DNA of 64,000 nucleotides from Armatimonadota bacterium (GTDB lineage Bacteria; Armatimonadota; HRBIN16): NCBI GenBank assembly GCA_963677485.1, contig OY781964.1, positions 3,136,001 to 3,200,000 of the forward strand, read 5' to 3'. Shown piece by piece: positions 60,051 to 64,000 of this stretch (position 1 is its first letter; each line of letters starts with the position of its first letter). The notes under the pieces were generated by a model. It saw only the letters and a program-made list of their open reading frames with translations, ran no database searches and was not told where the DNA came from. The position numbers and the translations under genes were made by a program.

Positions 60051-61388
60051 ATGCTACTGCTAGGAACCCAGCGAATAAACGAACTAGGCCACCTTGAAGT
60101 GGGCGGCTGCGATACCGTCGATTTGGCACAGAAATTCGGAACACCCCTTTATGTGCTGGATGAGGCCGATTTCCGTGGGAAAATGCGCGCTTACCGCACT
60201 GCCTTCGAGCAGCGGTACCCCCGCAACGAGATCGCATATGCCAGCAAGGCGCTGCTTTGCATGGCAGTGGCCCGCCTGGTCGTGGAGGAGGGCTTCCATA
60301 TGGACGTCGCCTCTGCCGGTGAGCTCTACACCGCCGTGAAAAGCGGATTCCCAGGCGACCGCCTGGTGCTTCATGGAAACAACAAGTCCCAATTGGAAGT
60401 CAGCATGGCTTTAGAGATGGGCGTCGGCCGTGTGGTAGTGGACAACCTCAATGAGCTGAACATGTTGGAGGCCGAGGCCGCCGCTAAGGGCACCGTGGCA
60501 CCGATCCTGCTGAGGGTGACCCCGGGCATCGACCCACACACCCACAAGTTCATCAGCACCGGTCAGGAAGACACGAAGTTTGGTCTGAACATCACCACCG
60601 GTGCCGCCATGGAGGGCATCAAAAAGGCCCTGGAGTTTGAGCACATCAAGCTGATAGGTGTTCACTGCCATGTGGGCTCGCAGTTGCTGGACACCGAGGC
60701 GCACGAAGGTGCCATCAACCGCATGATCGGCTTCATGGACGATGTGCGCACCCAAACCGGTGTGGTGCTGGATGAGCTGAATATCGGCGGCGGACTCGGC
60801 ATCCGTTACCTGGAGGAGCACAATCCGCCAAGTATCGAGGACTATGCGGAGGTTATCTGCAACACTCTGAAGGCGGCTCTGGACAGTCACAACTTCCCGT
60901 ATCCCAAGCTGCTGCAGGAGCCGGGCCGGAGCATCATCGGTGAGGCTGGTCTGACCCTCTACACCATCGGGGCTATCAAAGAGGTGCCGATTGCGGAAGA
61001 GCCGGGCATCAAAGTTTACGCCACTACGAACGGCGGCTTGAGCGACAACCCGCGGCCACAGCTTTACGATGCGGTCTACACCCCGCTTTTGGCCAACCGC
61101 ATGAATGAGCCGTACGACCAGCAGGTCACCATTGCGGGTAAGCACTGCGAGACCGACACACTGATCAACAATACGCTGCTGCCGAAGCCGAACACTGGTG
61201 ACATTCTAGCCGTGTTAAGCACAGGCGCCTACAACTTCGCCATGGCCAGCAACTACAACCGCTTCCGCCGTCCTGCGATGGTGCTGGTGAACGAAGGCCA
61301 TGCCGACATCATTGTGGAGCGCCAGAACCTGGATGACCTGCTGTGGCAGGACCGCATCCCGGAGCGTTTGAAGCCGAATTACGAGTAG
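60051..61388 (+). CDS. lysA: Diaminopimelate decarboxylase
   Basis: FGTPLYV, YASKA, HGNNKS, HCHVGSQ, NIGGG, EPGRS, GKHCE, TGAY..MASNYN. Confidence 0.96.
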   Translation: MLLLGTQRINELGHLEVGGCDTVDLAQKFGTPLYVLDEADFRGKMRAYRTAFEQRYPRNEIAYASKALLCMAVARLVVEEGFHMDVASAGELYTAVKSGFPGDRLVLHGNNKSQLEVSMALEMGVGRVVVDNLNELNMLEAEAAAKGTVAPILLRVTPGIDPHTHKFISTGQEDTKFGLNITTGAAMEGIKKALEFEHIKLIGVHCHVGSQLLDTEAHEGAINRMIGFMDDVRTQTGVVLDELNIGGGLGIRYLEEHNPPSIEDYAEVICNTLKAALDSHNFPYPKLLQEPGRSIIGEAGLTLYTIGAIKEVPIAEEPGIKVYATTNGGLSDNPRPQLYDAVYTPLLANRMNEPYDQQVTIAGKHCETDTLINNTLLPKPNTGDILAVLSTGAYNFAMASNYNRFRRPAMVLVNEGHADIIVERQNLDDLLWQDRIPERLKPNYE

Positions 61389-61426
61389 GGGCGAGGCGTG
61401 CCTCGCCCTTGGGGCACGACTCGACG

Positions 61427-61456
61427 GGAATAAGGCGCGGTTTCCGCGCCTTATTC
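61427..61456 (+). terminator. Terminator hairpin after lysA, preceded by a REP at the stop codon
   Basis: GAATAAGGCGCGG-TTT-CCGCGCCTTATTC; GTAGGGGCGAGGCGTGCCTCGCCC at 61384. Confidence 0.7.
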
Positions 61457-61540
61457 AGTTTTTATCTCCGTCATATCTCGGTAATCAACAGGGCAGCTCA
61501 TCGTACTCACATAGACTGGGCTCCAGAAGGACGGTATGGT

Positions 61541-64000
61541 ATGAAACTGCAGTGGACATCTGTAGCAACTCTAGGGATCGCCCTCGCGATGCTATCAACC
61601 GGTGCATTCGGAGCCGCCAACGCACCGTCGAAAGCGAAACCCCTCGCAGCCACTACCGACCTGGAAACTGGATTTCGTAAGCCCACCTTAGCCACTGCCC
61701 CGTGGGTATACTGGCGCTGGCCTGGCAATGTGTCTGGCCCTATCACCAATGAGATGATCACCGCCGACCTTGAGGCCATGAAAGCGCAGGGGATTGGCGG
61801 TGTGATGATCGACAATGTGGGGCCAATTCAAGGGGCTCCATACTTGTCGGAAGCTTACCTGGCTTTGATCAGGCATGCCCGGATTGAGACCTTGCGGCTT
61901 GGTATAGGTTTCTACGTGCATAACTGCGCGGGATGGGCTACCAGTGGGGGCCCGTGGATAACAGCTGAAAACTCAATGAAGCAGTTGTGCTTCGCCCGGG
62001 TGGTCATCACTGGACCGCAATCCTGCACTACCAAACTGCCGGAGCCAGCATCGAATCTGGGGTTTTATCGAGACATCGCCGTGCTCGCTGTGCCAACCTC
62101 GAACCCAGCCGCCAAGCCTCTCAATTTAAGCCTCATGCTCGATTCGTCAGGCACTCTCAGGTGGGATGTTCCTGCGGGAGAATGGTCGGTGTTGCGTATC
62201 GGCTACACCACCACGGGCAGCAAGAACAGCGTAGGGGACCCGGCTGGCACAGGGTTGGAGAGCGACAAATTGAGTGCGCAGGGCATTGAAGCGCATTTCA
62301 TAGGGATCGCCCCACTGCTGCGTGCTATCGCGACGGATGATACCAACCATAAGTCATACATCGGTGCAGATAGCTGGGAGTGCGGCCCCCAAAACTGGAC
62401 CGAGTCCATTCCAGCAGAGTTCAAAGCCCGCATGGGATATGACATCATCCCCTGGATGCCTTACCTGGTCGGTCAGGCGGGAAGTGCCACTGAGCAGGGA
62501 TCCCGGTTTACCGAGGACCTTGTGGATCTGATGCAGGATATGAATCGCCGCAACTATATCGGCCGCATGACATCGCTGGCGCACGAGCAGGGGATGTTGA
62601 CGGAGTGCGAATCATCCCCTGAAGCGGCGGACGTGCCGATGGGCGAATTCTGGGCCGTCAGCCAGCCCGAAACGGTGTATGGCCCCTTTCCTACGTTCTT
62701 TAAAGATGACCCGCTTCGCTCCATCGCTATCTGTAATAATGTGGCTCCCTTGGCGCGAGGCACCGGGCACAATGTCATCGCCCAGGAGACTCTGACTTCG
62801 CGGTCTCAGAACTGGGAACGCACGCCGTCGGCACTCAAGTCTGGCATCGACTGGGCGTTGTGCGGCGGGTATAACAAGATGGTGTTCCATCTGTATGCGA
62901 TACAGGCTGATACCGAGCGTAAGCCTGGGTATATGGAACACGGCACGGCGGTGAACCGAAACCTGACCTGGTGGAATCAGGCCCATGCGTGGTTCAACTA
63001 TATCGCCCACTGCCAGTATATGCTCCGGCAAGGCGTTCACGTGTCGGATGTGTGCTACATTGGCGAATCCGATGCCGGGGAATCATGGAGGGACGGCCGC
63101 TTTCAAGAGGAGTTCCCGGCGAAATATCGCTACGATGTTGTGTTGCCTGATGGATTGACCACCCGAATGAAAGTAAAAGACGGCCATGTGGTTACCCCTG
63201 AAGGGGCCTCCTACCGGCTGATCGTGCTGCCGAACCGCACTGATATCAGCCTCACGGTGATGCGCCGGGTCAGGGAGCTGGTAAGCCAGGGAGCCGTTGT
63301 GCTGGGCAGTAAGCCTGTAAGAGCACGCGGGTTGGCAGACCATCCCAGTAGCGACATCGAGGTGCAGAAAATTGCGAAACAGCTCTGGGGTGAATCGAGC
63401 ACGCCGAAGGGAATCCATAAACTGGGCAAGGGGCGTGTGCTTTGGGGTATGTCGGTAACGGAGGCACTGGCATCGATTGGTGTGGCACGCGACTTCCGTT
63501 GTGAACCGCTTGACACTGCTGGCCCTGGCATTGACTGGGTGCATCGGCGAACCGGCGGCGCAGATATCTACTTTGTGGTGAACCGGGCGGGGCATACGGT
63601 CAACCTCGACGCCTTCTTCCGCGTTACCGGCAAAACGCCTGAGTTGTGGAACCCCGACTCGACCGAGATCGAACAGAGCGCGCTCTATGAAGTGAAGAAC
63701 GGTGAGACCAGACTGCCGTTGAGAATTAATCCTTATGAATCGCTGTTTGTGGTGTTTCGGAAGAAATCGGGTGGTCACTTTATCGACGCACAGCGTGTGG
63801 GTGCCCGCCGTGCCGAGTTCGGCCTTACAGCCAGCGATGTCGTCGCCACACCCGAAGGCGCAAGCCTGGTCACAACCGGACAAGCGGGCAGGTATCAGCT
63901 TACGACGGCGTCGGGTTCCAAGCTGATCGCCGAGGTGCCAAAGCCGGCGGAGCCCATCCACATCAACGGCCCATGGAGCGTGAGCTTCATCAATGGTCTG
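61541..64000 (+). CDS. Secreted GH106 alpha-L-rhamnosidase-like glycoside hydrolase; runs off the window
   Basis: Manual translation: signal peptide, PWVYWRW, ITADLEAMKAQGIGG, GWATSGGPWI, DSWE, PMGEFW, CQYMLRQG. Confidence 0.85.
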   Translation, partial: MKLQWTSVATLGIALAMLSTGAFGAANAPSKAKPLAATTDLETGFRKPTLATAPWVYWRWPGNVSGPITNEMITADLEAMKAQGIGGVMIDNVGPIQGAPYLSEAYLALIRHARIETLRLGIGFYVHNCAGWATSGGPWITAENSMKQLCFARVVITGPQSCTTKLPEPASNLGFYRDIAVLAVPTSNPAAKPLNLSLMLDSSGTLRWDVPAGEWSVLRIGYTTTGSKNSVGDPAGTGLESDKLSAQGIEAHFIGIAPLLRAIATDDTNHKSYIGADSWECGPQNWTESIPAEFKARMGYDIIPWMPYLVGQAGSATEQGSRFTEDLVDLMQDMNRRNYIGRMTSLAHEQGMLTECESSPEAADVPMGEFWAVSQPETVYGPFPTFFKDDPLRSIAICNNVAPLARGTGHNVIAQETLTSRSQNWERTPSALKSGIDWALCGGYNKMVFHLYAIQADTERKPGYMEHGTAVNRNLTWWNQAHAWFNYIAHCQYMLRQGVHVSDVCYIGESDAGESWRDGRFQEEFPAKYRYDVVLPDGLTTRMKVKDGHVVTPEGASYRLIVLPNRTDISLTVMRRVRELVSQGAVVLGSKPVRARGLADHPSSDIEVQKIAKQLWGESSTPKGIHKLGKGRVLWGMSVTEALASIGVARDFRCEPLDTAGPGIDWVHRRTGGADIYFVVNRAGHTVNLDAFFRVTGKTPELWNPDSTEIEQSALYEVKNGETRLPLRINPYESLFVVFRKKSGGHFIDAQRVGARRAEFGLTASDVVATPEGASLVTTGQAGRYQLTTASGSKLIAEVPKPAEPIHINGPWSVSFINGL

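Noticed and set aside
63083-63961. Minus-strand ORFs at the end of the window
   Set aside because: Shadows of the plus-strand GH106 gene, which the track omits because it has no stop in the window.

Overview
GC-rich bacterial chromosome segment. The gene repertoire (NPCBM-GH36, DUF6785 transporter, many H-X9-DG/DUF1559-type proteins, dockerin-like FGE protein) suggests Armatimonadota or a similar lineage; this is inference. It carries an aroF-tyrA-aroA operon, cysK, lysA, dprA, many carbohydrate-active enzymes and oxidoreductases, an ATPase+RloB (AbiL-like) pair, and an ECF sigma/anti-sigma operon with pilin/T2SS-G-like genes. Highlights: (1) a ~1.64 kb insertion element with no substantial terminal inverted repeats, whose single gene lacks recognisable DDE/HUH motifs but has Rep_trans-like motifs, sits between CATAT direct repeats in an H-X9-DG gene whose frame is restored exactly on removal; (2) a dispersed family of modular, shuffled nested-hairpin intergenic repeats; (3) a ~0.9 kb patchwork of defence-gene termini (DUF4062, Fic-like wHTH, HsdR, HsdS, topoisomerase Zn-ribbon) around a 12-bp VNTR; (4) a four-gene H-X9-DG paralog array with two members inactivated; (5) a 54-aa Cys-rich ORF missing from the ORF track. 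All family assignments come from motifs read by eye; no database searches were run.
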